Assembly (NCBI GenBank): GCA_038740245.1
Contig: JAVYLZ010000004.1
Span: forward strand, 1-39,946
Source: Candidatus Micrarchaeia archaeon
Lineage (GTDB): Archaea > Micrarchaeota > Micrarchaeia > CAILAH01
Length of the DNA: 39,946 nucleotides
Direction: 5' to 3'
The first letter of the stretch is position 1. Every line of letters starts with the position of its first letter. This document shows, piece by piece, positions 17,306 through 23,981 of the stretch. The notes below the pieces were generated by a model. The model was given only the letters and a program-made list of their open reading frames with translations, ran no database searches and had not been told where the DNA came from. The position numbers and the translations under genes were made by a program.

Positions 17306-17494
17306 GCTGGGGTCGCCTAGCCAGGTAGGGCGCTGGATTGCTAATCCAGTGGCCGAAAGGCTTCGGGAGTTCAAAGCAGGGAGCTGTGCCCCATGGTGCA
17401 ACTCCGACCTACCCTCCTTTGGAGGGTTTGGGCAGTGGCGGGCTAAGGGGGCGGGGCCCCTTTTGGCTGCCAAGTGAATATCTCCCCCCCAGCG
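17306..17494 (+). tRNA. tRNA-Ser (anticodon GCU) interrupted by a 105-nt intron in the T-loop
   Basis: Exon 1 (17306-17375): acceptor gctgggg, D arm gcc-tagccaggtag-ggc, anticodon arm ctgga-ttGCTaa-tccag, long variable arm tggccgaaaggcttc, T-stem gggag plus ttcaaa. Exon 2 (17481-17494): t-ctccc-ccccagc-g. This restores a 5-bp T stem, a 7-nt loop TTCAAAT, a perfect 7-bp acceptor stem and discriminator G. An oligo-T run follows directly. Confidence 0.8.
17376..17480 (+). other. tRNA-Ser intron (non-canonical position 58/59 or 59/60)
   Basis: Junctions form a relaxed bulge-helix-bulge. Outer helix gggag/ctccc (17365-69/17482-86). 3-nt bulge tat (17479-81). 4-bp helix ttca/tgaa (17370-73/17475-78). 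Then a 2x4 internal loop and inner helix gcag/ctgc (17376-79/17467-70). The interior is GC-rich with hairpins (ccctcc-tttg-gaggg). Confidence 0.65.
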
Positions 17495-17495
17495 C

Positions 17496-17502
17496 TTTTT
17501 TT
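17496..17502 (+). terminator. oligo-T terminator after tRNA-Ser
   Basis: TTTTTTT starts 2 nt after the discriminator base. Confidence 0.6.
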
Positions 17503-17514
17503 ACATAATAGAGG

Positions 17515-18105
17515 CTACCTTACAATGCGCATGAGGCCGAGCGGCTTATGCTCCGAAGTGGAGGGGATTTTACGGTTGGGGCCCAAGTGCACCGGCTCGT
17601 TGGTAAGCGTCCAGTTCACATAAAGCATATTTGAGCTGCTATCCTGTGCGGCAAGAAGCTCCGGCGTGCTATGCGTGAGGACACGCGGGTCAATAGCATC
17701 AGGGTAATAGATTGATTCTGAAAGTGAGTAGCCGAGTGATGCAATGGATGAAAAGTAGGTAAGCTGGATATCCTGCGTAAGCGTTGATGCAAACGCCAGA
17801 ATCTCTGAGAGAAGGTGCTTGCTGCTGTGCATTGATGCCGCAATTACGCACTTGTCCGCCCCGCTGAAATCAGCATGCACGAGCGCGGCCTCAAGCATCT
17901 GCACCTTTTGCGGTGTCGGGTGTATAAGCAGGCATTCGTTTTGCGCCTTTTTTATTAAGGCAATTGCAACAGTATCGCGCACCCAGTGCGTCTCAATCCG
18001 CGAATACCCGAAATCCTGCTCAATCTTCGGGCTTATCTTGCCGAACTCTCCCATTTTTACAGGTATTACACGGCCTGCCTGCGCCTGCATAATGTAATTG
18101 CGCAA
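17515..18105 (-). CDS. hypothetical protein (196 aa)
   Basis: Clean ORF with native GC, convergent with tRNA-Ser. No signal peptide or TM helix, and no motif I can name. Confidence 0.5.
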   Translation of the reverse strand: MRNYIMQAQAGRVIPVKMGEFGKISPKIEQDFGYSRIETHWVRDTVAIALIKKAQNECLLIHPTPQKVQMLEAALVHADFSGADKCVIAASMHSSKHLLSEILAFASTLTQDIQLTYFSSIASLGYSLSESIYYPDAIDPRVLTHSTPELLAAQDSSSNMLYVNWTLTNEPVHLGPNRKIPSTSEHKPLGLMRIVR

Positions 18106-18179
18106 TCCACTTTTATGAACATTTCTATTGGTGGGTATGCTTAAAAAGGATGGGATTCCTAATATTAGCGGGTGTAAGC

Positions 18180-18563
18180 ATGATGAAGCAGCTGACCATA
18201 ATTGTAGAAAACAAGATTGGCGCGCTTGCAGATGTTACGGAGGCGCTCAGCAGGACCGGCGTGAACATTATATCAATCTCCGCACAGGGGTTTGAGAAGA
18301 CCGGTGTTATACGCGTGCTTACAACCGATGTAAACACTGCACTGAACGAGCTTAACAAGGTTGGCATGAAGGCGGTTGTCAATGACATAATCGTGCTCAA
18401 GATGATTGACAGGCCGGGCGAGCTTTACAAGGTTGCCAAAAAGCTTGCAAATGAGGGCGTAAACCTGCGGTCTGTGTACATTATAGGCAAGGAGGGGGAC
18501 CGCACGGTTGTGGCGATTGACCCTGAGGACTACCAGCGCGCGCTTAAGGTTGTTTCAAAATAA
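18180..18563 (+). CDS. ACT-domain protein (tandem ACT-like small-molecule-binding modules)
   Basis: MMKQLTIIVENKIGALADVTEALSRTGVNIISISAQ... is a classic ACT beta-alpha-beta start. A second unit follows (IVLKMIDRPGELYKVAKKLANEGVNLRSVYI). Start moved to Met11 of the tracked ORF. Confidence 0.75.
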   Translation: MMKQLTIIVENKIGALADVTEALSRTGVNIISISAQGFEKTGVIRVLTTDVNTALNELNKVGMKAVVNDIIVLKMIDRPGELYKVAKKLANEGVNLRSVYIIGKEGDRTVVAIDPEDYQRALKVVSK

Positions 18564-18595
18564 CCTAATTTTTCCTTATTTGCGGGGAGGATGCA

Positions 18596-19168
18596 ATGCT
18601 AAGCCACTCGGATATCCTGCGGCATATAAACACAGGGGACATCCTCATTGACCCGCTTGAGCTGCAAAACATCGGTCCTGACAGCATAGATATCCGCCTG
18701 GGCGGCAAGCTGCTCGTCGCACGGAAAACCGGCAGGATTATTGACCCGCGCAAAAGCATAGAGATGGAGTTTGACCAGTACGATATTGAGAAAGAGCCCT
18801 ACGCGATAAAGCCGGGCGACTTTGTGCTTGCCACGACATTGGAGCGCATCGGGCTCTCAAACAGCATAACCGGCCAGCTTGAGGGCAGGTCATCTATAGG
18901 CCGGCTTGGCATTATCGTGCACATGACTGCAGGGCTTATCCACGCTGGCTGGGGCTACAGGCAGCCGGCAACACTTACACTTGAGCTCTCATCGGTCAAC
19001 CCAAACCCCGTCTACATTTATGAGGGAATGAAAATTGCGCAGATGTCGTTCATAAAGCTGACCAATCCAGCAGAAATCGGTTATGATGACAATGCGCACA
19101 GCAAATATTCAAACCAGCAGGGGCCTGTGCCCTCACGCCTCCACAGGGAGCACTACACAAGGAAATAA
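18596..19168 (+). CDS. dcd: dCTP deaminase
   Basis: MLSHSDILRHI..GDILIDP...IGP.S.D.RLG, ...GDFVLATTLE.I.L......GQLEGRSS.GRLG..VH.TAG..H.G..., ...TLEL..... The dUTPase-fold Dcd family pattern runs throughout. 190 aa. Confidence 0.9.
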   Translation: MLSHSDILRHINTGDILIDPLELQNIGPDSIDIRLGGKLLVARKTGRIIDPRKSIEMEFDQYDIEKEPYAIKPGDFVLATTLERIGLSNSITGQLEGRSSIGRLGIIVHMTAGLIHAGWGYRQPATLTLELSSVNPNPVYIYEGMKIAQMSFIKLTNPAEIGYDDNAHSKYSNQQGPVPSRLHREHYTRK

Positions 19169-19216
19169 GGTGGCTTGGTGGGGGCGGCTAGGATTTTGGC
19201 TCGCGCCAGGCGGGCA

Positions 19217-19381
19217 CTAGGCATTCTTTTCCTCAAATGCCGATTTGGGTGCGCCACACCTTGGGCACTTCCAGTCATCCGGGATGTCCTCAAACAGTGT
19301 GCCGGGGTCTATCATTGAGTCCGGGTCGCCTTCCTCCTCATCATACTCATAGCCGCACACGCTGCACACATATATTGCCAT
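19217..19381 (-). CDS. rubredoxin (54 aa; not in the supplied ORF track, whose shortest listed ORF is 60 aa)
   Basis: Hand translation of the minus strand: [54 protein letters not shown]. It has both CxxCG knuckles (CSVCG, CPRCG) and the conserved DPD...[10 protein letters not shown] core of rubredoxins. Confidence 0.9.
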   Translation of the reverse strand: MAIYVCSVCGYEYDEEEGDPDSMIDPGTLFEDIPDDWKCPRCGAPKSAFEEKNA

Positions 19382-19402
19382 AAGCCTGATTCACTGCAAA
19401 AC

Positions 19403-19412
19403 TATTTAAATA
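19403..19412. promoter_or_regulatory. palindromic TATA box shared by the divergent rubredoxin and arsR-grx genes
   Basis: 'tatttaaata' equals its own reverse complement. Its centre lies 26.5 nt from the rubredoxin ATG (19381) and 25.5 nt from the arsR ATG (19433). This implies leaderless transcripts in both directions from a 51-bp spacer. Confidence 0.55.
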
Positions 19413-19429
19413 TAAGTGCGCACTTATAT
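19410..19429. promoter_or_regulatory. perfect 20-bp palindrome, candidate ArsR-type operator
   Basis: ATATAAGTGC|GCACTTATAT, checked base by base. It overlaps the right half of the TATA box and ends 3 nt before the ATG of the adjacent ArsR-family gene. Confidence 0.6.
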
Positions 19430-19432
19430 AAC

Positions 19433-19690
19433 ATGGATTGCGCCCGCGTGTTCAGGGCACTTGGGGACAGGTCGCGCCTGTGCATAGTGCAATGCCTTCT
19501 GGAAAGGCGGTGCTGCATAAGTGAGCTGCACAAGAGGGTTGGGACCACCCAGCCGAACATTTCGCAGCACATTGCATACCTGCAAAGGGCAGGCATTGTT
19601 AAGGTTGTGCACCGGGGCAAGATGCGTGAATGCCGCCTTGCAAACCCGCGCGCAATCCGCAAGCTGATACAGTATGCTGAAAGGGTGTGA
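19433..19690 (+). CDS. ArsR/SmtB-family transcriptional regulator
   Basis: 85 aa. ...LGDRSRLCIVQCLLERRCCISELHKRVGTTQPNISQHIAYLQRAGIVKVVHRGKMRECRL... is a canonical HTH_5 wHTH. A Cys-rich alpha3 region (CLLERRCC) could sense metal or redox state. Confidence 0.85.
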   Translation: MDCARVFRALGDRSRLCIVQCLLERRCCISELHKRVGTTQPNISQHIAYLQRAGIVKVVHRGKMRECRLANPRAIRKLIQYAERV

Positions 19691-19693
19691 AAA

Positions 19694-20014
19694 ATGAAAA
19701 TTGACATTGATGGCAGCGAGCTTGAAGAGCTGCGCAGGAAGAGGGCAGAGGAAATTTTGAGCAGGATGAGCGCTTCACAGGTGGTGGCCAGGGTTTACAA
19801 AACGCCCACTTGCCCGTACTGCCACATGGCTGTGGAGTACCTGCGGTCACGGGGTGTGCACGTTGAGGAAATTGATGTAAGCAGGGACCAGAACGCCGCA
19901 ATGGAAATGGTGCAGAAGAGCGGGCAGATGGGCGTGCCTGTAATCGAGATAAACGGGAGAATTATAATAGGATTCAACAGGCCTGCAATTGATGCGGCAC
20001 TTTCATTAAAGTAA
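19694..20014 (+). CDS. glutaredoxin-like protein (CPYC active site)
   Basis: ...VYKTPTCPYCHMAVEYLRSRGVHVEEIDVSRD......GQMGVPVIEINGRIIIGF is a thioredoxin-fold glutaredoxin pattern. It has a ~30-aa charged N-terminal extension and starts 3 nt after the arsR stop. Confidence 0.8.
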   Translation: MKIDIDGSELEELRRKRAEEILSRMSASQVVARVYKTPTCPYCHMAVEYLRSRGVHVEEIDVSRDQNAAMEMVQKSGQMGVPVIEINGRIIIGFNRPAIDAALSLK

Positions 20015-20019
20015 GCCGA

Positions 20020-20514
20020 TCAGTAGGGGCGGCCCTTAGATTTTCTCCATTTCTCAAACAGGTGAAGGCATTCAATCCTCAGCACACCGCTCTTTATGCG
20101 GATATCCTCAAGCTTGCATGTTTTCGCAATTTTTGCATTGCACAGGCGCATCTCGTTGAACTTGTACGCGGATGCATCATCTATTGTTGCCCCGTAAACA
20201 ATGTTCTTAATCTTCGCCCAGTGTATTGCGGAAAAGCACATGGGGCAGGGCTCGCACGTTGAGTATATGGTGCACCCTGAAAGGTTTATGGTATTGAGCC
20301 GCCTGCTTGCCTTCCTTATTGCATTTATTTCTGCATGTGCTGTTGGATCGCAGCTCTTCCATACGGTATTGTGCGCAACTGCGAGCACCTTGCCACGTGC
20401 ATCAATTATGCACGCACCGAACGGCCCGCCCTCCTTCTTCCGTATGCCTGCTTCTGCGGACCTGATTGCCATGCGCATAAACTTCTCGTCTGTGCTCTGT
20501 GCCATCACGTGCAA
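20020..20514 (-). CDS. zinc-dependent nucleoside/nucleotide deaminase (CDA superfamily, TadA/guanine-deaminase-like)
   Basis: HAE (..PTAHAEINAI..) and PCxxC (CEPCPMC) zinc motifs with typical spacing. 164 aa. Substrate cannot be determined from the sequence. Confidence 0.8.
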   Translation of the reverse strand: MHVMAQSTDEKFMRMAIRSAEAGIRKKEGGPFGACIIDARGKVLAVAHNTVWKSCDPTAHAEINAIRKASRRLNTINLSGCTIYSTCEPCPMCFSAIHWAKIKNIVYGATIDDASAYKFNEMRLCNAKIAKTCKLEDIRIKSGVLRIECLHLFEKWRKSKGRPY

Positions 20515-20546
20515 TTAAGCAAAAAACAATTAAAAGATGCCTTGAG

Positions 20547-21428
20547 ATGGGTATACGGATGTGCCCGCAAGCGCCAAAGCCCCAATGGCTGAAGATACCG
20601 CTCCCAAATGAAAAATATGCATCCACTAAAATGCTGCTTGATTCGCTGGGGATAGTGACTGTGTGCAGGGAAGCCAAGTGCCCCAACGTTAATGAATGCT
20701 GGGGCAACGGGACGGCCACGTTTATGATTCTCGGGGATACGTGCACGCGCGGCTGCAGGTTTTGCAATACAAGGACTGCACAGAGGGGCAGGGAAGTTGA
20801 CACGGGCGAGGCAAAGCGGATTGCTGCTGCGATAAGAGCACTCGGGCTGAAGTATGCGGTTATAACAAGCGTTGACAGGGATGACTTGGAGGATTTGGGT
20901 GCCGGCCATTTTGCGCGGTGCATACGTGAGGCCAGGCTGCAGAACCCGTCGGTAAAAGTGGAGGTCCTAACGCCGGATTTCCAAGGCAGGGCAGAACTTA
21001 TTGATATTGTATGCGATGCGGGGCCGCATGTGTTCGGCCATAACATTGAGACCGTGAGACGGCTCACTCCGAAAGTGCGCGACCTGCGCGCAAGCTATGC
21101 GCAGTCGCTTGCAGTGCTCCGGCACGCTGCACAGGAATACCCGCAAATCATTGTCAAGTCCGCACTGATGGTTGGGATGGGCGAGAGCGAAGATGAGGTG
21201 TGTGAAACGCTTGCAGACCTGCGTGATGCAGGTGTGAAGGCAGTTGCGATAGGGCAATACCTGCAGCCCACACCACGGCATTACCCGGTTGCCGAGTATG
21301 TGCCCCCAGAGCAGTTTGAGAAGTATGCAAACATTGCAAGGGAAATGGGGTTTGAGTTTGTTGCGAGCGGCCCGCTTGTAAGAAGCTCATACCGCGCATG
21401 GGGAATAACCGGCGGCTGCGGGCATTAG
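20547..21428 (+). CDS. lipA: lipoyl synthase
   Basis: N-terminal auxiliary-cluster motif CREAKCPNVNEC and radical-SAM CTRGCRFC. ...SVDRDDL.D.GA.HFA..I..... Start moved to Met17 (20547) to avoid overlap with the divergent deaminase gene. Met21 (20559) is also possible. Confidence 0.9.
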   Translation: MGIRMCPQAPKPQWLKIPLPNEKYASTKMLLDSLGIVTVCREAKCPNVNECWGNGTATFMILGDTCTRGCRFCNTRTAQRGREVDTGEAKRIAAAIRALGLKYAVITSVDRDDLEDLGAGHFARCIREARLQNPSVKVEVLTPDFQGRAELIDIVCDAGPHVFGHNIETVRRLTPKVRDLRASYAQSLAVLRHAAQEYPQIIVKSALMVGMGESEDEVCETLADLRDAGVKAVAIGQYLQPTPRHYPVAEYVPPEQFEKYANIAREMGFEFVASGPLVRSSYRAWGITGGCGH

Positions 21429-21477
21429 CCGGCAGTGCTAAACTGCAAATATAATTTTTTGGTGAGAGGGATAGGTT

Positions 21478-21777
21478 ATGATAGTTTCAAAGCGGATAAA
21501 GGTGCCGCGGGGGGATGCGCCTGCGGATAAGCTGCTTGAGCATATGCACGACTACCTCCGCAACAATGCCGGCGGCAAAGTGCTCAGGTATGCAATAGTT
21601 GATGTAAAGGGCAACGATTTCATAGTTGATGTGTCAGTGCGCACTGATGCTGCTGGAAATGTGCAACCGACTGAAAGAAAGATGGGGGCAGCAAGGCGGG
21701 CTGGAGGCGCCGGGCCAAGTGCTGCCGCAAGAAAGAGCCGCAAAGGCAGCGCACGAAAATCAGGAAAGCGAAGGTGA
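21478..21777 (+). CDS. small hypothetical protein with a highly basic Ala/Gly/Arg/Lys-rich tail
   Basis: 99 aa. A ~65-aa N-terminal module, then MGAARRAGGAGPSAAARKSRKGSARKSGKRR. Preceded by an AT-rich box (aaatataatttttt). Its stop lies 4 nt before the next ATG. Confidence 0.5.
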   Translation: MIVSKRIKVPRGDAPADKLLEHMHDYLRNNAGGKVLRYAIVDVKGNDFIVDVSVRTDAAGNVQPTERKMGAARRAGGAGPSAAARKSRKGSARKSGKRR

Positions 21778-21781
21778 TGCC

Positions 21782-22849
21782 ATGACCAACCAGTTTGTAG
21801 TTGCGCATATTATCCCAACCGGCGTGAAGGCGGATATCGGCGGGTATGTTGGCGATGCCACGCCCGCAACCAACATGATTGCATCTATTGCCGATAAAGT
21901 GATTTCACACCCTAATGTTGTTAACGGTGTTGCAATAAACCTTGCAAAAAGGAATGTGCTTTATGTGGAGGGCTATCTGCTTGATAAGTTCTTCAAGGGC
22001 GAGGTTGAGCTTAAGGAAGTTGAGAGGAACAGGGTCGGCGTTATCCTTGACAAGGGGATGAGCAGGGAAAGCTATGACCTTGCGATGAACACCATTGAGG
22101 CGATGAGGACTGTCGGCGGTGTTGAGATTGCCTGTGTGCTCAGGACTGGGGAAGAGGTCGGGGTGCGTGCAGTGAAGACGCAGAGCGGCTCGTTTGTAGG
22201 CGAGATCGGGAATGAGGATGCGCTGCTTGATGCGTGCGGGCTTGCCCTGCGCAGGGGTGCAGATGCGCTTGCAATCTCAATGGCAATCAAAGTGAGCATG
22301 CACGACCTTGAGGAGTATTTCAGGGGGAGGGGCGCCAACCCGTACGGCGGTGCGGAAGCAATAATCTCGCATCTGGTTACGAGCAGGTTCGGTGTTCCTG
22401 CTGCGCACGCACCATTGCTGAGCAAGTATGAGATTTACAAAGAGATGCACAGCGGCAGGGTTGACCCGCGTGCAGCTGCCGAGGCGATAGGGCCGGCATA
22501 CCTGGGGTGCGTGCTGCAGGGGCTTGACAGGGCACCGCGGCCAGTTCCTGCTGGCGGCGACCTGTGCGTGCGCGATGTTGATGCGCTCGTGCTCCCGTAT
22601 ACGTGCATGGGCGGCGTGCCTGCGCTGGCGGCGCAAAAATGGGGCATCCCTATAATTGCAGTGAAGGAGAACAGGACGCTGATGAATGCCACGCCCGAGA
22701 ATATGAAAATGAGGAACGTAATTGTTGCAGAGAACTACTGGGAAGTTGGGGGCATACTTGCAGCGATGAAGGAGGGGTATGACCCGATGCTTCTGCGCAG
22801 GCCAGTCAAGAAAATGGGCATCATTGATTACCTGATGCTGAGAAAGTAG
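21782..22849 (+). CDS. conserved-looking protein of unknown function (355 aa; possibly DUF3326-like)
   Basis: Start at Met53 of the tracked ORF (MTNQFVVAHIIPTGVKADIGGYVGDATPATNMIA...ISHPNVVNG...). The 'IPTG...IGG..GDA.P' opening resembles, from memory only, the uncharacterised DUF3326 family. No cofactor or catalytic motif recognised. Confidence 0.55.
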   Translation: MTNQFVVAHIIPTGVKADIGGYVGDATPATNMIASIADKVISHPNVVNGVAINLAKRNVLYVEGYLLDKFFKGEVELKEVERNRVGVILDKGMSRESYDLAMNTIEAMRTVGGVEIACVLRTGEEVGVRAVKTQSGSFVGEIGNEDALLDACGLALRRGADALAISMAIKVSMHDLEEYFRGRGANPYGGAEAIISHLVTSRFGVPAAHAPLLSKYEIYKEMHSGRVDPRAAAEAIGPAYLGCVLQGLDRAPRPVPAGGDLCVRDVDALVLPYTCMGGVPALAAQKWGIPIIAVKENRTLMNATPENMKMRNVIVAENYWEVGGILAAMKEGYDPMLLRRPVKKMGIIDYLMLRK

Positions 22850-22903
22850 CGGGCTTGGCTGCACCGTATGCATAATTATATACTTTCAGGGAGAGTTCAG
22901 CTT

Positions 22904-23977
22904 ATGCCTGTGAGGGATGTATACTCGGGAAGCATTAGATATGTGCAAATTCTGAACGAGAAGGGCGCGGCCGACAAGCGGCTTGAAAAGAGGCTTGGCC
23001 TTTCAAAACAGCAGCTGCTTGATATGTACCGTGCGCTCATAACCACACGCGTCCTTGATGACAAGGCGCTCAAACTGCAGAGGCAGGGCAGGATGCTTAC
23101 GTATGCGCCGTGCCTGGGTGAAGAGGCAATAAGCGTTGGCTCGGCATTTGCGCTCAGGAAAGATGACTGGGTAGTGCCTGCCTACCGCGAGCAGGGGATG
23201 TATGTGGCTATGGGGGTGCCACTGAAATACCTGCTTATGTATTTCATGGGGTTTGAGGAAGGCAACTTGCTGCCAAAGGAGTTTAATATAACGCCTATTT
23301 GTGTGCCCGTTGCAACGCATTTCCCGCACGCCGCAGGCATCGGCATGGCACTCAACTACCTCGGAGAAAAGAAGGTTGTTATGACATATACGGGGGATGG
23401 CGGGACCTCAGAAGGGGATTTTTATGAAGCACTGAATTTTGCGGGCGTATTCAATGCACCGGTAGTATTTGTTGTTAGAAACAACCAGTGGGCTATCTCC
23501 GTGCCGCGCAAAAAGCAGACCGCCGCACAAACGCTTGCACAAAAGGGCATTGCCGCCGGGATAAATAGCGTGCAGGTGGACGGCAACGATGTGCTTGGGA
23601 TGTATTACGTTGCGCGTGAGGCTGTGGAGCGTGCACGCAGCGGTGGCGGGCCGACGCTCATTGAGGCCATTTCATACAGGATGGGCCTGCACACAACTGC
23701 GGATGACCCGACAAGGTATGTGGACCCCAAGGAACGTGAGGTATGGGCAAAAAAGGACCCTATTGAGAGGTTCTCAAAATACCTTAAATCAAAGCGGATA
23801 CTTACGGCCGCACTGGAAAAGGATGCGCTTGCAAAAGCCGAAGAAGAGGTTGAGGAAGCCATACGTGAGGCCGAATCCTACAAGACGCATTGGGAGCGCA
23901 TGCTTGAGTATGTATATGCGGACATGCCTGAGGAGTTGCGCGAGCAGCGCGATTATCTCAAGAGGTTTGAGAGGTGA
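22904..23977 (+). CDS. 2-oxoacid dehydrogenase E1 component, alpha subunit (TPP-binding)
   Basis: TPP motif GDGGTSEGDFYEALNFAGVFNAPVVFVVRNNQWAIS. Start at Met13 of the tracked ORF, 25 nt downstream of 'ataattatatac'. Substrate (pyruvate versus branched-chain 2-oxoacid) is not determinable. Confidence 0.9.
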   Translation: MPVRDVYSGSIRYVQILNEKGAADKRLEKRLGLSKQQLLDMYRALITTRVLDDKALKLQRQGRMLTYAPCLGEEAISVGSAFALRKDDWVVPAYREQGMYVAMGVPLKYLLMYFMGFEEGNLLPKEFNITPICVPVATHFPHAAGIGMALNYLGEKKVVMTYTGDGGTSEGDFYEALNFAGVFNAPVVFVVRNNQWAISVPRKKQTAAQTLAQKGIAAGINSVQVDGNDVLGMYYVAREAVERARSGGGPTLIEAISYRMGLHTTADDPTRYVDPKEREVWAKKDPIERFSKYLKSKRILTAALEKDALAKAEEEVEEAIREAESYKTHWERMLEYVYADMPEELREQRDYLKRFER

Positions 23978-23981
23978 GCGC

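Noticed and set aside
17180-17473. 97-aa minus-strand ORF.
   Set aside because: It begins with a TTG codon and lies entirely over the SRP-tRNA spacer and the tRNA-Ser exon 1 and intron. The Pro/Gly/Ala-rich translation reflects structured GC-rich RNA-coding DNA.
17515-18105. JAMM/MPN metalloprotease assignment for the 196-aa orphan (suggested by 'LLIHPTPQ').
   Set aside because: The required E...HxHx7Sx2D constellation is absent. There is only a single His in that segment.
20402-21067. 221-aa minus-strand ORF overlapping lipA. Similar antisense ORFs occur at 8495-9103 (opposite kae1), 32105-32842 (opposite sufD), 33518-34063 (opposite sufB), 35500-35985 (opposite the M20 peptidase) and 58-504 (opposite tfb).
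   Set aside because: Each overlaps a strongly supported gene on the other strand and shows no recognisable motif. They are treated as shadow ORFs.
23589-23981. N-terminal 131-aa extension of the tracked E1beta ORF.
   Set aside because: It overlaps the 3' third of E1alpha in another frame and is Arg/Cys-rich nonsense. The conserved E1beta N-terminus begins at Met132 (23982), 4 nt after the E1alpha stop.
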